Shown piece by piece: positions 11,260 through 24,649 of a stretch of DNA of 64,000 nt. The notes below the pieces were generated by a model. That model was given only the letters and a program-made list of their open reading frames with translations. It made no database searches and was not told where the DNA came from. The first letter of the stretch is position 1, and every line of letters begins with the position of its first letter. The position numbers and the translations under genes are program-made. Origin of the DNA: Camelus dromedarius (lineage: Eukaryota); NCBI RefSeq assembly GCF_036321535.1, contig NC_087437.1, positions 47,990,001-48,054,000 of the forward strand, written 5' to 3'.

Positions 11260-12540
11260 GCATGTAAATCAATGAAGTTAGAACACCCCTCACATCATAC
11301 ACAACAATGAACTCAAAATGACTTAAAGACTTAAATATAAGACAATAAGACCATAAAACTCCTAGAAGAAAACACAGGCAAAACATTCTCTGACTTTAGT
11401 CATAGCAACGTTTTCTTAGGTCAGTCTCCGAGGCAATAGAAATAAAAGCCAAAATAAACAAAGGGGACCTAGTCAAACTTACAAGCTTTTGTACAACAAA
11501 GGAAACCATAAAATGAAAAGAGAACCTACGCATCGGGAGAAAATATTTGCAAATGATGCCAATGACATGGGATTAGTTTCCAAAATATACAAATAGCTCA
11601 TACAACTCAATAACAAAAAAACAAACAACCTTATCAAAAAAATGGGCAGAAGACCTAACTAGACATTCCAAAGAAAACATCCAGATTACCAACAGGCACA
11701 TCAGAAGATGCTCAACGTTGCTAATTATTAGAGAAATGCAAATCAAAACTACAAAGAGGTATCACCTCACGCCAGTCAGAATGGCCATCATTAAAGAGTC
11801 TACAAATAATATATGCTGGAGAGAGTGTGGAGAAAAGGGAACCCTCTTAAACTGTTGGTGGGAATGTAAACTGGCGCAGCCACTATGAAGAACAGTATGG
11901 AGGTTTCTTCAAAAATTAAAAATAGAATTAGCATATAATCCAGCAATCCCACTCTTGGGCATATATCCAGAAAGGAAAAAAACTAATTCAAAACTTATAT
12001 GCACCCCAGTGTTCACAGCAGCACTATTAACAATAGCCAAGACATGGAAACAACCTAAATGTCCATTGATAACAAAGTGGATAAAGAAGTTGTGGCATAT
12101 AAATACACACGCGCACACACAATGGAATATTACTCAGTCATAAAAAGAATGAAATAATGCCATTTGCAGCAACATGGATAGACCTAGAGATGATCATATT
12201 AAGTGGAGTCAGAGAAAGACAAATATATGATACCACTTATATGTGGAATCTAAAAAAATGATGCAAATAAACTTATTTACAAATAGACTCACAGACAGAA
12301 AACAAACTTATGGTTACCAAAGGGGAAAGGAGAGGGAGGGATAAATTGAGAGTTTGAGATTTGCAGGTACATACTACTATATATAAAATAGATAAATAAC
12401 AAGTTTATACTGTATAGCACAGGGAACTATATCCAATGTTACAATAACCATAATGGAAAAGGATCTGAAAAAGAATATATATATATACATATATGTGTAC
12501 ATAGATCTGGATCACTTTGCTGTATACCAGAAATTAACAT
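11260..12540 (+). mobile_element. L1 3' fragment (ORF2 C-terminus and 3' UTR), no poly(A) tail
   Basis: ORF 11955..12143 (ICTPVFTAALLTIAKTWKQPKCP) is the L1 ORF2 C-terminal segment. Collinear with the L1 copies at 35690-37020 and 56797-58060. Confidence 0.95.
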
Positions 12541-12710
12541 TTATCCTGCAAAATAATCTTGCAAGATAGATATTATTACCTCTCTCTTTTTTTTTTTAAA
12601 CGCAAGTGAAGAAACTGAGGTTCAAAGTTTTGTGCCCAGAGCCATAAAACTAGTAAGTGGCAGGCTGTGATCTGAACCCAAGCTTGACTGATTCTAAAAG
12701 CCTGGCTCTT
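12541..12710 (-). mobile_element. MIR SINE
   Basis: gaagaaactgaggttcaaag...ctagtaagtggcaggctgtgatctgaaccca is the reversed MIR core. Confidence 0.75.
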
Positions 12711-13169
12711 TCTGAGAATGAGCAAGTTTTAAACTCTACAAAAAATATAAACCCTAACATTAATTTCTCTTTTTTCCCCCCAGCAATGAAAGTAATACCT
12801 GTATTTCCTAGAAAGACTAGGAAAAGAGAAGAAAATAAAGCACCCACACTTGTATTACCCCAAAGAAATAAAGGTCATTTACAGTCCATGTCAATGGGGA
12901 ACAGACAGACGATACAGACCTGAAGGTTAATGAGGCGTCACCAGTGAAAGAGAAAGACATTTCAAGCTCTAAACCCACCATTTAATTTTTTCCTTTTTAA
13001 AAAAAAACCAAAAACTAACTTTACTAGTAAATTAGGCTTAGAACACCTGGATTCTTGGTTCTGCTTTGCCAAAAACTAGTCCTGGGACCTTCTTGAGTCA
13101 TTTTGCTGTGTTCCCCTGCCCCACCTTCATGGTTTTTTTCCTTACCTGGAAATGAAGGGTTGGATGCCT

Positions 13170-13322
13170 CATGTTTCTCAAAGAGTTGCCCTTGAGGGTG
13201 TTAAAAACCCAGATTACTTATCCTCATCCCCAGTCAAATCAGAATCTGAGCGAAGGGTCTGGGAATCAACACAGCACAAGGTGCCCACATGACTGCTACC
13301 CTCTCAAGGCTGAGAAACGGGG
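13170..13322. mobile_element. MER5-type hAT MITE
   Basis: tttctcaaag...aaatcagaatctg...gggtctgggaatc...ctgagaaac. Confidence 0.6.
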
Positions 13323-13481
13323 ACGCAAACTGTTCCTGCTTCAACAGGCCACACGACTTGAATGTTTGAAACTTACCCTTAACACGAGATTACTCTACAA
13401 AAGGAGGTATTTTTACTGGGAAACATTCAACCTCAGCCCCGAGCATGGCTCTTGGTTGCCAGCCCTGCTGCCATACTTCAC

Positions 13482-13639
13482 CTGTAGGCTCCCAGGTTAA
13501 TGCAGCTTATCCCCAGGTTGTATCTGGACCGGATGAAGCCTGGCTGAATCTCCAGCGCTCGTGTGTAGGCCTCCACTGCTTCCTCGCTGCGGTCTCCATT
13601 TGCCAAGGTCGCCCCCAGACGATTCCATAATGAATAGTC
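13482..13639 (-). CDS. PEX5L: PEX5L coding exon (exon 14 equivalent)
   Basis: 158 nt with catcag| and |gtgaag boundaries. Encodes [52 protein letters not shown] plus AG, the PEX5-family TPR motif. Confidence 0.97.
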
Positions 13640-14027
13640 CTGATGACAGAATCAGAGCTCTCTGACAACCCATACAAGCCACAGCGACAGAGCATCCCCA
13701 CACCCCTGCCAGAGAAGGATGATAGCTAAAAACGTATCATCCAGTGCTCATGGACAAGGACCACAACTGGTGAATTACTCAAAAACTTTATTGGACACCT
13801 TCTGAAATGACTTTCCTTCCTCAGAGAGCAGCTACCATTTGATGCTGTCAGGTCAGGCAATTCATGTTTCTATTTTAGGTACTTAAGTATTAACAACCAG
13901 GTAGCATCTCATTAGTGTTGATCACTTTAAACCATTGGATTCAGGGAAATAAAATGTAGCAGAAGTTTCCTAAGTCTGGCCTGTGAAAATTAACAGAGAT
14001 CCTTATGGTTTCTTGCTGTGCACTTAC

Positions 14028-14193
14028 CTCTGGCCGAACAGTTAAGGCAGCATTAAATGCATCTATTGCTCTATTAAATTCTCCGCTCAGGTGGAACAGT
14101 ACTCCCAGACCTGTCTGTAGATCTGGGTCAATCATATCTCCATTTTGGTGGGCAGCTTCTAGATATAATTCCTTCACTCCTTCCAGAACAGAG
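14028..14193 (-). CDS. PEX5L: PEX5L coding exon (exon 13 equivalent)
   Basis: 166 nt with ttgtag| and |gtaagt boundaries. Encodes [55 protein letters not shown] (TPR), visible in ORF 13941..14177. Confidence 0.97.
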
Positions 14194-14869
14194 CTACAAG
14201 GTTAAAAAATTAGATTTGTTATCCAAATAGTCTGAACATAAATGATTCACTATTATGTTCTCTGTTCCAGGAGAACATTACAGACTGGGAAAATCTTGCT
14301 TAAAATAGCTTAATGAGAGGACTGTGAATACTGCATGTTAAAAAATACCTGCTAATTTTCATGAAATACTTTGCTGTACACAGGTAAGACTGTGTTAAGT
14401 AAGGTCTTCCCAAGGAGAGTTCCACTGAGCCTCTGAGTGCCAGTGTAGAAAACTCCAGGGCTAAGTTTCCTAAGGCCTCAGTGAGAAAGAATTTAATGTC
14501 ATGATTTATTGCTGATAGAAATAAAATTCCCAGAGGAAAGGACTTTCACTTTTCCCCATATCTAATTCTCAGGCTTTATAAAACTTGGCTCATTGGTCTT
14601 TATTATAACTTATTTTAGGTTGTTATATGTCCAAAGCATTTGGCTTTGATGAATGGTACTCAGATAAACGTCTGTGAGTGTCCACGGGGTAGATCACGTG
14701 TCCAACGTTTGGCTCTGGTCTCAGCATCAATCTTTTAAATTGGTGCTGCTACTTCAGCAGAATGCTGTCCTGGAGACCATCCTGAAACGCGTGGTGGTGG
14801 GGACCTGAGGCTCGTTAACTGCCCCGAAGGTGATTAACTGTGTACATGAATGCAGTTTAATGAGGATAC

Positions 14870-15067
14870 CTGTCAACCGGAGACTTAGACATCCGCCGGG
14901 TGAGGCCTGGAGATCCCTTCTTGCTCTTCACAAGGTATTTGTACTTCGGATTTTGTTTAATCCAGTTCTTTAAAGCTTCACAGGCATCCTGCTGATGGCC
15001 AGTGTTAGTGTAACTCACAGCCAAAGCCATCAAAGCTTTCAAGTTGTTGGGCTGCAATTCTAAGCAC
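14870..15067 (-). CDS. PEX5L: PEX5L coding exon (exon 12 equivalent)
   Basis: 198 nt with ttgcag| and |gtatcc boundaries. Encodes (R)CLELQPNNLKALMALAVSYTNTGHQQDACEALKNWIKQNPKYKYLVKSKKGSPGLTRRMSKSPVD(S), visible in ORF 14857..15090. Confidence 0.97.
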
Positions 15068-15614
15068 CTGCAAGAAGACCAAAAATACATAAATAAATAA
15101 ATAAAACCAAGTTCAGATTTTTTTTTTTTTTTGGAGCCAGAGTCTGAACAGTTCTTTAGAAAATCTGAGGTCTGTATTAATTAAACGGTGCAAAAGCATT
15201 GCTAAGTTTATGTTAAATCCCTGGAAAATAGCACATTTATCTACATAGAAATTGGGAACTATGTACATTTTTAAGTAAGTTATAACTCATCCTGAGGAGT
15301 GCCAGGTTTGGTCATTTTAATGAAATGGCTTAAAAACTGTAGAAAATGTGGCTAATCCCTGCACATAACTTATTAGTAGCTATAAAGTGTATCTAATGAG
15401 AAGTAGGGAATACCACTATTTTAATGCTGCTTACTATCAATATATTAAATGTATCTTATCCACAAAGCAAACTACTTGAACTAATACTGGACATTCAGAG
15501 ATAGAAGACAGCGCAGTGTTTTGTAAAGGAGAGGGGATTCCCTTGTTTCCAGATGTGGATTTAGGAGGCACAGGCTATCACTGCTCCCCCTCATGCTATT
15601 CCACTGGCCTCTGG

Positions 15615-15785
15615 CAAGGGCTTTTCAATCGTTGATGTGCATGAGAATCATCTGGGGATCTGGTAAAATACAGAATCTGATACAGCAGGCCTGGGGCAGG
15701 GGCAGCCTGAGGCCGTGCAGGTCTGTTGAGCTCCCAGGTGATGAGATGCTGGTAGTCCCTGGATAAGACTTTGATGAGCAAGCCC
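15615..15785. mobile_element. MER5A-type hAT MITE
   Basis: gaatcatctggggatctggtaaaatacagaatctgatacagcaggcctggggcagggg...ctcccaggtgatg. Confidence 0.7.
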
Positions 15786-16403
15786 TACGTAGTACCTGTA
15801 TCAGTTATTTAGGAAGAGATTATATCTATATATTTATATCTACATATTTACTTTTTTATAAGAAATGGTAGGGGAAGTGAAAGTTTATTTGGTAGGGACT
15901 ATTTTTCCAGGATTTAAATAGGGGCTCTAATCAAGTAAGACGAGATGCTACACCCACCCAAAGTGGTCTAGACCTTTAGTCAGGGGCTCAGGAGTTATAC
16001 TTTCCGGCTGCTGAAACTATCTCAGGAGATTCTCCGTAGACATGTGGACCTAAATTATAATGAGATTATTTTGAGTACGTTTTTCCTGAACAAAACTTTC
16101 AGGTGCTGCCGAAGTCTGGAATGTTAAAAGGAACTATTGATTCAGTGAATCTATTTTATGGCTGCTTTTGACATAGATTCTCTTGTGCCAATGAAGGTCA
16201 ATTGATTTGTAGATGGTAAAACACTATGACTTCAAAACATGGTTTCTTCATAAGTTCTTGCTTTCCAGAGCTAAGTCTAAGTAATACTTGGCATCTGGTC
16301 AAATTCTTTACAATGTACTTAAGGGTCAAAAGACAAATCTGAAACAACAGCAAGTCCATTTATGAGTGACCAGGCCCATGAGTTTGCACTTAGCTTCACC
16401 TAC

Positions 16404-16474
16404 CTCTGGAGGGCAACAATCGCTGCTTGTTCGTTTTCATTCTCTGCTTGGGTTATCCCGAGGAACTGCCAAGC
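16404..16474 (-). CDS. PEX5L: PEX5L coding exon (exon 11 equivalent)
   Basis: 71 nt with ttgcag| and |gtaggt boundaries. Encodes AWQFLGITQAENENEQAAIVALQ plus AG (split Arg codon). Confidence 0.97.
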
Positions 16475-18159
16475 CTGCAAAAACAACCCATGTCAACATT
16501 GCAAGAGGAGCAGAATCACTCACATGCTTTTGTTGGTTTGTTTACATGTGACAGATCCCTCTATGCAGAGCAACGAGCCTTGTAAAAGGGAAAAATATCA
16601 CATGCATTTCTTCATTCAAACTCTCTTGGGACATCTGGGTTAAGACTCTCTGTCACTTACAAATTCGCAGTATTTATTCCCCATGGGAACCTGAGTTTCT
16701 GAGGTTTCGTGATATTAGGTCTTAAAACCAAAAGATAAATAGATAAAACTGTGCATCTGTTAGGAAAAGAGGTAGAAAAATAACTCAGAAATGTAGCTAA
16801 ATAGCCTAAAGTTTACAATAAGGAATCTCAAGATGTACAAAGTTAGCTTGTATAAATGAAAGTCAAGCAGGTATTAGAAGCGGTAACAGGAAATTTAGGA
16901 ACCAGGGGAAACAAAACAACCCCTCGACAATGTGTTCACTACTTAATATTAGTCATTGTTAAAAAGCATAAGACAGAAAAGGCTATATAATGTATATATA
17001 ATTTTACAGCCTACATTTACACTTCATACTGTATCATAAGCACTTTCATGTTTTTATAAAATCCCCTATTTATAATTTTTAATTTAAATTTTGTTAAACT
17101 GATATCCCATTATTTCCCTAACCAATTCCCTTGTTGCTCTAAGTTGTTTCCAGTCCTTTGCTGTTGTCAATAATGTGAAGAATATCTTCAGGCAGATTTT
17201 TCATGGAAATTTTTAATGTAACAAATTTGTACTTTTATCCTTGTAAGAACCGTAATTCTCACACCATTACAAGAACAATACGCACCAACAAAACCTCTCC
17301 ATACACACATTGTTCTCACATTTGCTGGGGGCGTATCAGTCTTAGGGATTTAAAAAGATTTGTATCGGAATCTTAGGGATTTTAAAAGGTTTGTATAACT
17401 CTCCCGCCTTTGAGAATCAACGCTATGAACATTTTAAAGCAGAACTATATGAAAACAGGTAGAGTCATCTTGAAGGGCTGTAAAAGTTGTATTGGCTTTT
17501 CCCCTCATGGGTTATTATTACACATACCATAAAAACTCAAAGAAAATACTAATTATTCACCCCTCTCCAGAATAACAGTGATAATTTTTAATCTTTCGAA
17601 TCTATACAGAGCAGTCTCTATTTTGATTTCACCTTCCACACATCTCACAATGCTTCTTAAGAAAAGACTGATGAAGCAATCTTTCTCTGGGGCATCCTCC
17701 TAGCCTTTGGGTGTGGTATCATTTTGACTGTTCACAGATCATCTATTATCTTAGCCTTGCGGTCTCCATTGATTCAGAAGCCTTGGGTCCTTCCTTGTCT
17801 AGGATCCATTAGTTACCAAGTGCCCTCATTTTCTCAGTCATGAATCAGGGATAATAATGTATACCTTAAAAAAAAATCTTCCCAGCGTGGTTGTGTCAAA
17901 TGACATAATATATATGAAAACACATAGCGTGTAGAAATGTAAGATGATATTGTTTTGTTGGGGGTGTGGGGTGGGTTGTAGTTTCCTATCAATGCAATGA
18001 TTTTCTTTTCCCAAATGATAGATCTTTTAAAAATTGTAGTATTTTGATTCAGAATTCCAGTTCTCATTTCAATCTCATTTCACTATCAACATTTTGGCTA
18101 ACAATATACTAGAGGCTTTATCTAATGATCAGTTTACTTGTAATTTCTATACAAACTAA

Positions 18160-18435
18160 GTACAACCAATAATAAGAATGAAGGCTAAATATGTACCAGG
18201 CACTGAACTGAGCACTTTATTTGTAAGAACGAATTTAATCCTCACAATACGCAGTGAGATAGTTATAACCGTGATTTCCATTTTACATGTGAGGAAACTG
18301 AAGCTTAGAGGGTTTAAATGGCTTGTCCTAGATGGCATGGCTCATGGCTGCCAAGTGGTAGAGTGGGGGTTTGAACCCACACAGTTAGGACAGCAGAGCT
18401 TCAAAGCTTAACCACGATTCTGTACTGCCTTCTCA
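18160..18435 (-). mobile_element. MIR SINE (near full length)
   Basis: tttaatcctcacaa...ccattttacatgtgaggaaactgaagcttagagggtttaaatggcttgtcc...tttgaaccca. Confidence 0.85.
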
Positions 18436-18619
18436 GCACTACATACGTTTCTGCAAATTCCTCTGGGAATATCCCTTATGTTTCCTGAAAACCACTCACA
18501 AATGAAAAAAGCCCTTTTACCTGCCAGCATCTGATAGGCCTTCACAGTTTGAGAAACGTTGTGGACCAAGATAAAACTGCAGAAGCCTCTTTGGTGGTCT
18601 CCCAGCCTCCCTCTCCAAG

Positions 18620-19110
18620 CACCCTTCACACCTCAGAGCAAGCAAGGGGCTGTTCTAACATGCAGATCTGGTCCTGTCCTTCTCCCACGGTGGCTCCCCG
18701 GGGCTTTCCGGCTGAAGTTCAAAATCTTGCCTATGTCTTCTTGCCTCCTCTTCTGCCACTGTCTCCTCCCTTCTCCCCACGGACCTGATGTTTTCTGTCC
18801 CTCTGCCCACCCACGAACCATTCTCTCTTAACAACAGCTGATTCCCCTGCTGTCTTTGATTCTCTCTCCTTCCAATCTCAGCTTGTCGGGGAAACCTGGG
18901 GCAGGATCCTCGCTCTCTGCTCTCCTAGTGTCCTGTGCATCCTCTGATGTTGCATTGATTACACTGCATTGATTTACCTACTTGTCTTCCATGTGGATCA
19001 CCAATGTGTCTTTTCAACTGTTCCATTTTTTTCTAGCTCTTCAATATTTTAAGCCAATGCCTGGCACAATTCTTGGGACATGGTATGTGCTCAGTGAATG
19101 TTGACTGAGT
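18620..19110 (+). mobile_element. L2 LINE 3' fragment
   Basis: Pyrimidine-rich body ending tgcctggcacaattcttgggacatggtatgtgctcagtgaatgttgactga. Confidence 0.65.
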
Positions 19111-19425
19111 AAATCAAGGGTGAGATGTAGTGTGGCTCTAGACCCAGACAGAACTCCAGTCTGCCCCCCGAAAACCTGCACTGAGCCTCCAGGTTGGCAG
19201 TTTTGATTTTTCATTTCTTGTCCCCACCCTTTATTTTGGGGGACCATAGATTTCATTAAAAAACAGGTACCTACCTATATGTAACTTTCAAACACCTATC
19301 TGACTAAGCCAGGTTAACTTCTCTGGGAAGCTTTACACTGATAAAAATGCCACCCAGTAGAGCTCTGTCCCTTGTTAGCACAGCAAACCCCTTCCTGAGC
19401 CTGGAGGGATGGAAGGAAATGGTAC

Positions 19426-19569
19426 CTCTGCATCTCCGGGGTCCTGAAGAATTGCTGCCTCCATGAACAGGATGGTGACTGGCAGGTCTCCTTCCTTCAG
19501 CCTTTTTAAGCCTTCTTCAAACGCTCCCGGCCAGTCCTTGAAGGGGTTTTCAGTGTGAAAGTAATACCC
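19426..19569 (-). CDS. PEX5L: PEX5L coding exon (exon 10 equivalent), start of the TPR region
   Basis: 144 nt with ttgtag| and |gtacca boundaries. Encodes GYYFHTENPFKDWPGAFEEGLKRLKEGDLPVTILFMEAAILQDPGDAE. Confidence 0.97.
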
Positions 19570-21757
19570 CTACAACACAGGGAAGGGCCAACACGGATCC
19601 ACTGATTTATCTCTTCATTGTTACATCCAGTCAGTTCTTTTCAAATCTGAATTGATTTTATTTATTTAAATTATTTAATTAATTTCAATGAAATTGATGT
19701 TTTTCCTTTTTATGACTGTAGTACATTTTCACTGGGTAAATGTTAGATAACATTCTGTTATTGAATATAAAAAGAAACAAAAAGTTACCCATAATGCTGC
19801 CGCCTAAATATGACTGCTGCTAACATTTTAGAGTTTGTGTTCCTTCTGATATTTCTTTTGTTCTTGTTACTTTAGCTGTTTCCCCCCAGGATTTAAAAAA
19901 TACTGACTTTGGGGACATATTTTTGCTAAGTGCTGCCACTCAGCCTACCACATACTGTACATCTGCATATATATAGTGGTCCTTAGGAGGGCTACAAACC
20001 ATTGTGACAGCTAAGATTTTTTTTCACCTTCTATGCCTCAAACCATTTGTTGCTCCACTGAGAATGCATGTTTTAAAACTTATAGACCTTTTTTTATTGT
20101 AAAAATTTAAGCAATACAGAATGTACAAATAATCAACTAGTATTTTTCTATATGTATATAAATTAAACAAATCCGTTCATACTTATAGCTTAAGCCTTAG
20201 TTTTAGTTATTAAAATATTATGCTAAAAATTATTTAATCAATTCCCTTTTGATGGACATTCAGGTTACTTCCAATTTATTTTTCTGTCATCCTAAATAAA
20301 GTTACAGTGAAAGCCTCATGCTCAAACCTTTGCGTATGGTTATTACCTTAGGACAGACTTCTAGAGAGATTTAACACACTAAAGGCTATGAGCTGTTTTG
20401 AGGCCCCTGATACGTGTAACTGAACTGTTGCTGAGAAAGTATGTCCCGACTTACACTCTCAGCAGAAGTATCAGAGATTATTTGTTGCAGCATTAAGCAG
20501 AGATGATCATAAAATCCTTCCAATATGATAGATACAAATAAGCTAGTCTGTTGATGATGCTACTAAGGTTTTTAAAATACATCAAATGGAGACCTTCATT
20601 CTCCATACGTGCTTAGAAAGACAAAACCCTTTGTCAGAACCCACAGGGTGTGACCAGCGCATGCAGTGGTGTTAGGGATCTGGGGCCCTGGCCATGTCTC
20701 CCTCACGTGCGTGGATTAGAACCCAGAGACTGATGTTGTGCATCAATGTTTTCTTGTCTCACTTAGTTTTGATTTCTTTGTGGAAAAAAATTATTTTTAA
20801 TGAGATGGTTGTTCTGATTTTAGGAGAGTGCCTGGAGTATTGTGGGACAAAGAATACTGGGAAGAGGAAGGCATTTTAATGACTATGTAGATGGCTAGTC
20901 CCCTAAAATCAGACTATTCATCATAATCCCCAGCATCTAGAAAAAAACACTCAATGAACATTTGTTGCATTGAACTGAGTATCACGAAAGTTATCCAGAA
21001 CCGAGTATTGGAGCTTCTCCACCAGAAAAAACTGTAACACAAACCTATACACATATATTTTCCCTGTGTAAGAAAATTCCACATCTCTTTCTAGCTTTCA
21101 AGTCATTTAAACTTGTCTCAAGTGAGTTTTTTTTCCCCCCAAGTGCTTTGAAAAGCATAAATCCTAGAGCAACTGGGACCTTCGTGGATAGTTTGGCTGG
21201 TTGCTCTGGACTCACACATGTGCTGGGCCTCTCGTCAGGGAAATAGCTCTGAGGAATCCCCCTGAAACTTGACCTGGTTGTGGGAAGGGCATCTTTTCCA
21301 TGGACTTTTTTGCTAGCTGCATAGAGACCACCTGTGAAATACAGCCCTGAGCCCCCTCTTCACTCCCCTGCCCACTGATACCACTTCCGTCAGCTCTTCA
21401 ACATGGGTCACGTGGCGGACTGACAAAAAGCCTGGCGAGATTAGCCCAGTTCTTGCTCCAACCCACCCTCCACGTTAGTTCAGGAGCTGGCCAGCCGTCA
21501 AGATCCAAGCTCTGGTTGGCTGCCAAGCCGCCTGTCTGCACATTGATGAAGATGAGAATTCCATTCCAGCTTTGCTGCCTTCACATGCCGGATGATTATA
21601 CTGTTTATCTACCAGAATTTCTCCTAGGTCAGATTGACTTTAAATTTTTTGTTTAATTCTTGAATGTTTCACAAAATAGTTACCAGCCACTTTATAAAAA
21701 TACGATCAAAAGAGGCTGAGAAAACCGGTCAGCATATGTAAGAAGAGAAACGGGCAC

Positions 21758-21874
21758 CTTCTCGCTGGCTGAGATTGTAACTTGGTTCTGAGCTTCCTGG
21801 TTCTCGGAGATCCAGTTCCTCCGGGCCATTTCTTCCCATTCTGCTTGCATCTTATCCCAAAACTCTGTATCTGA
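21758..21874 (-). CDS. PEX5L: PEX5L/TRIP8b coding exon (human exon 9 equivalent), SDTEFWDKMQ...TISASEK
   Basis: 117 nt (39 codons) with tcctag| acceptor and |gtgccc donor. The translation SDTEFWDKMQAEWEEMARRNWISENQEAQNQVTISASEK matches PEX5L. Phase 0 at both ends. Confidence 0.97.
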
Positions 21875-24649
21875 CTAGGAGACAGGAAAAATGAAGAGAG
21901 ATGGATTTAAGAACATGCCATATCATTTGGTTTATTTTCAGAGAGACAGTTTTCTTCATCGGTCAACATGAGTTCTGAGGAGGAATAAAATGTGCAAACT
22001 GGCCACGTCCAATGATACTCATGGTTGAAGAGCTTCTGGAGGGTACTTGGTGGTCAAGGTGAACTTGATTAGTTGTGACTTATGCCAAATTCAGCTAAAA
22101 ATCCATTACTGAACAGTTTCAAGTGTGGGTACCAGGCACAAATTTGGGGAGGGGTGGTCTTCCCTAGAGTTGCTCCTAGGATATGAGGAATTAAGAGCAA
22201 CTGCTTTGGGACTGGCTGGGCAGTGCCTGGCGAGGCAGCTGCCATGGACAAGGGAAGCAACACTGGTTGACCCTACACTTTGCCAAGCACTGTGCAAAGA
22301 GAAAACAGACCCTAGAGGGTTCTGGTTGTAAAGCTGGGATTGCACAGGGTTTAAACCACAGCGTAAGCCCATGTTCATCACCTTATGGCAGACATGGGCT
22401 CCTGGTGCTGATGGCTTTGGCTATGAACTCAACTGAATCTTTTCTATGGCAGGATGATGTTTTGAAAAATATTACTTTGTATTTTTCTCTTTATAATTTT
22501 TCTCTACATCTTCCAAAAGGGAAACCGACTGTTTTCTCTCCTTTATTTTGAGGAACGTGTGTGTTCCTGGACTGAAGCAGAATTTTTCTGCAAGATCTGT
22601 CCCTGATTGGTTTCTATTTTATGAAGCCTGAAGGGGGTACTTTAGATGTCCTGGACAGGGGGACAAGGGACAGGTATCTTAAAGTACTGAAGAGGGGAAG
22701 GGGAACTTCCCAGGGGTGGGGAAAGAGAAGGAAGGAGGTAGGTTCTGAGATGAGTGGGAGATGATGCTTGGCTTTTAGGTATTTCCCTGGCAAATCTGCC
22801 CAGCCTCCAAGAGGATGAGAGAGGCTGTGCTGGGAACTCTGATCCCCATATGGTAGGGAAATGGAGAGAAACTGGAATTCAAGGAACCACTGGGGGCTTG
22901 GTTGGCTGTCAGCAGTCAGCATGGCAGACACAGGGTAGAGGCTCTGTCTTTGTTCTCTGGCATCTCATACGCCTTCCAGATTTGGTGCCTGAGACTAAGT
23001 TACCTGCCAGTTTGGTAAGATAGATGCTTGGAAACTACCTCTTCCTTTAAAGAAAACAAAGAAATTGGTATTCCCTGAACACCCAAGTCTGGGACTGGGA
23101 TCCAGTTTCTCTGCAAATCTCAATTTCTATGATGCTAAATCCTGTGGTTTGTCACTGTCGCATCACGGTTGTACTTTTAACCATCTAATCCTCCCAGCCT
23201 CTCTCTCTACTCCACCCTCATGCCTGGGTGGTGGTTGCTTGGTGGTGGGACCTCTTCTTCAAAGTTGCTCTGAATAGTAATTGTAAGCTTATTTCTTCTG
23301 AATACAAACGTGCAAGGAAAAAGGGTCAACCCAATGTGATTAATCCCAGGCTACTAAATAAATAGTACTTCTTGTTCTTGTCTTTTACTATGTCCAGAAT
23401 ACTTATTCCTACCCCAGAAATGGGTCCTGTCCCTCCAGTGGAGGCCTCCCTCAACAAAGGCTCAGGGCAGCAGGCATCTTGACAATCTGTGCTGAGATGC
23501 TAGAAGCCCCATGGAATGGCTACCCCTTATCCAGGTTAAGGTTAGGAATAAAATTCAAGATTTCTTTTTCAGTGAGTCTTTCTCGTAGAATACCAAATTA
23601 TGCAAACAGAATGATCTCAGATATTCAACAGCGAGATAGAAGACTGGAAGGAAATATCCTACCATGTTAAGAGTATTCTGTCTTTGAATGAAGGGATGAT
23701 GGTGATGTTTTTCCTGCTTTTTTATGCTTTTCTGCACTTCCTGAATTTTCTGTAAGTATGCACTGCCTTTATAATTTTAAAAAGGTTAAAAAAACAGTAC
23801 AAAGCAAAATTATCTTTCCTTTTTAAAAATACCATAAAATCTGCACATTTAGATACTGAGGAGATTCATTTTCTTGAATAGCTTTTCAAAGATTTAGGTT
23901 CAGCTTGTCTGCAGAGAAGTAAAGAGAAATCTATCAAATGAATTTTATAATGTTTACTGACTTTCCCAAGCCTCCTGATGGAAGATGTGAAATGCCAATG
24001 ACTTCAAGTACTTTCTAAGGCAGTTATGTTCCCCTAGTGAGACTCCTTGGAATCTAAAGCTATTACAAGTCTTTTGAACGACAGAATGAAGAAGATTTTA
24101 TAATGTGTACATCTGGATTACCAAAGGATGCATCACCTTTCCTGCAGTTTCAAATTAGAGCAGTAGATGCATAAATAAGACTGCTGTGGCAAGAACCCCA
24201 GTTGAGGTGGGGCTGCCAGGCTCTAATTTAATGAGATACACCAGGACTGTTACCACTTAGAATAAGTTCTGCTGACTAATTAAAGTGCACAGCATAGTTT
24301 TGTTTAATTACAGAAAACTACTTTTAGCACAATCAATTTTCTCCCGGTCTCAAAATCCAGACTTCATTCAAGTAACTGCAATTAACACTCCTTTTTTTTT
24401 CTATTCCTAATCAATTTCAGAGAAACCTGAAACGTATTTGAATTTTTAACATTTTAGACATGACTGAGGGCATTTTATGTATTGATGATTTTCCTAGCTG
24501 TTCTGGAATTTTGATAGCTTATTTTTTTTATACCCTACAGGTAGTAAATTATCTTCTTACACCAGAAATGAACTATTGTTTGCAATCCATTTTCATTTTT
24601 AAAGTAGCTTGCTGATGATAACAATGGTAGGTAGCCATTAAAACTTGGG

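Noticed and set aside
17340..17397. Two ~26-bp direct repeats (tcttagggattt...tttgtat), and a similar pair at ~7040-7088
   Set aside because: Only two copies each with tiny spacers. These are ordinary local duplications, not a CRISPR-like or functional array.
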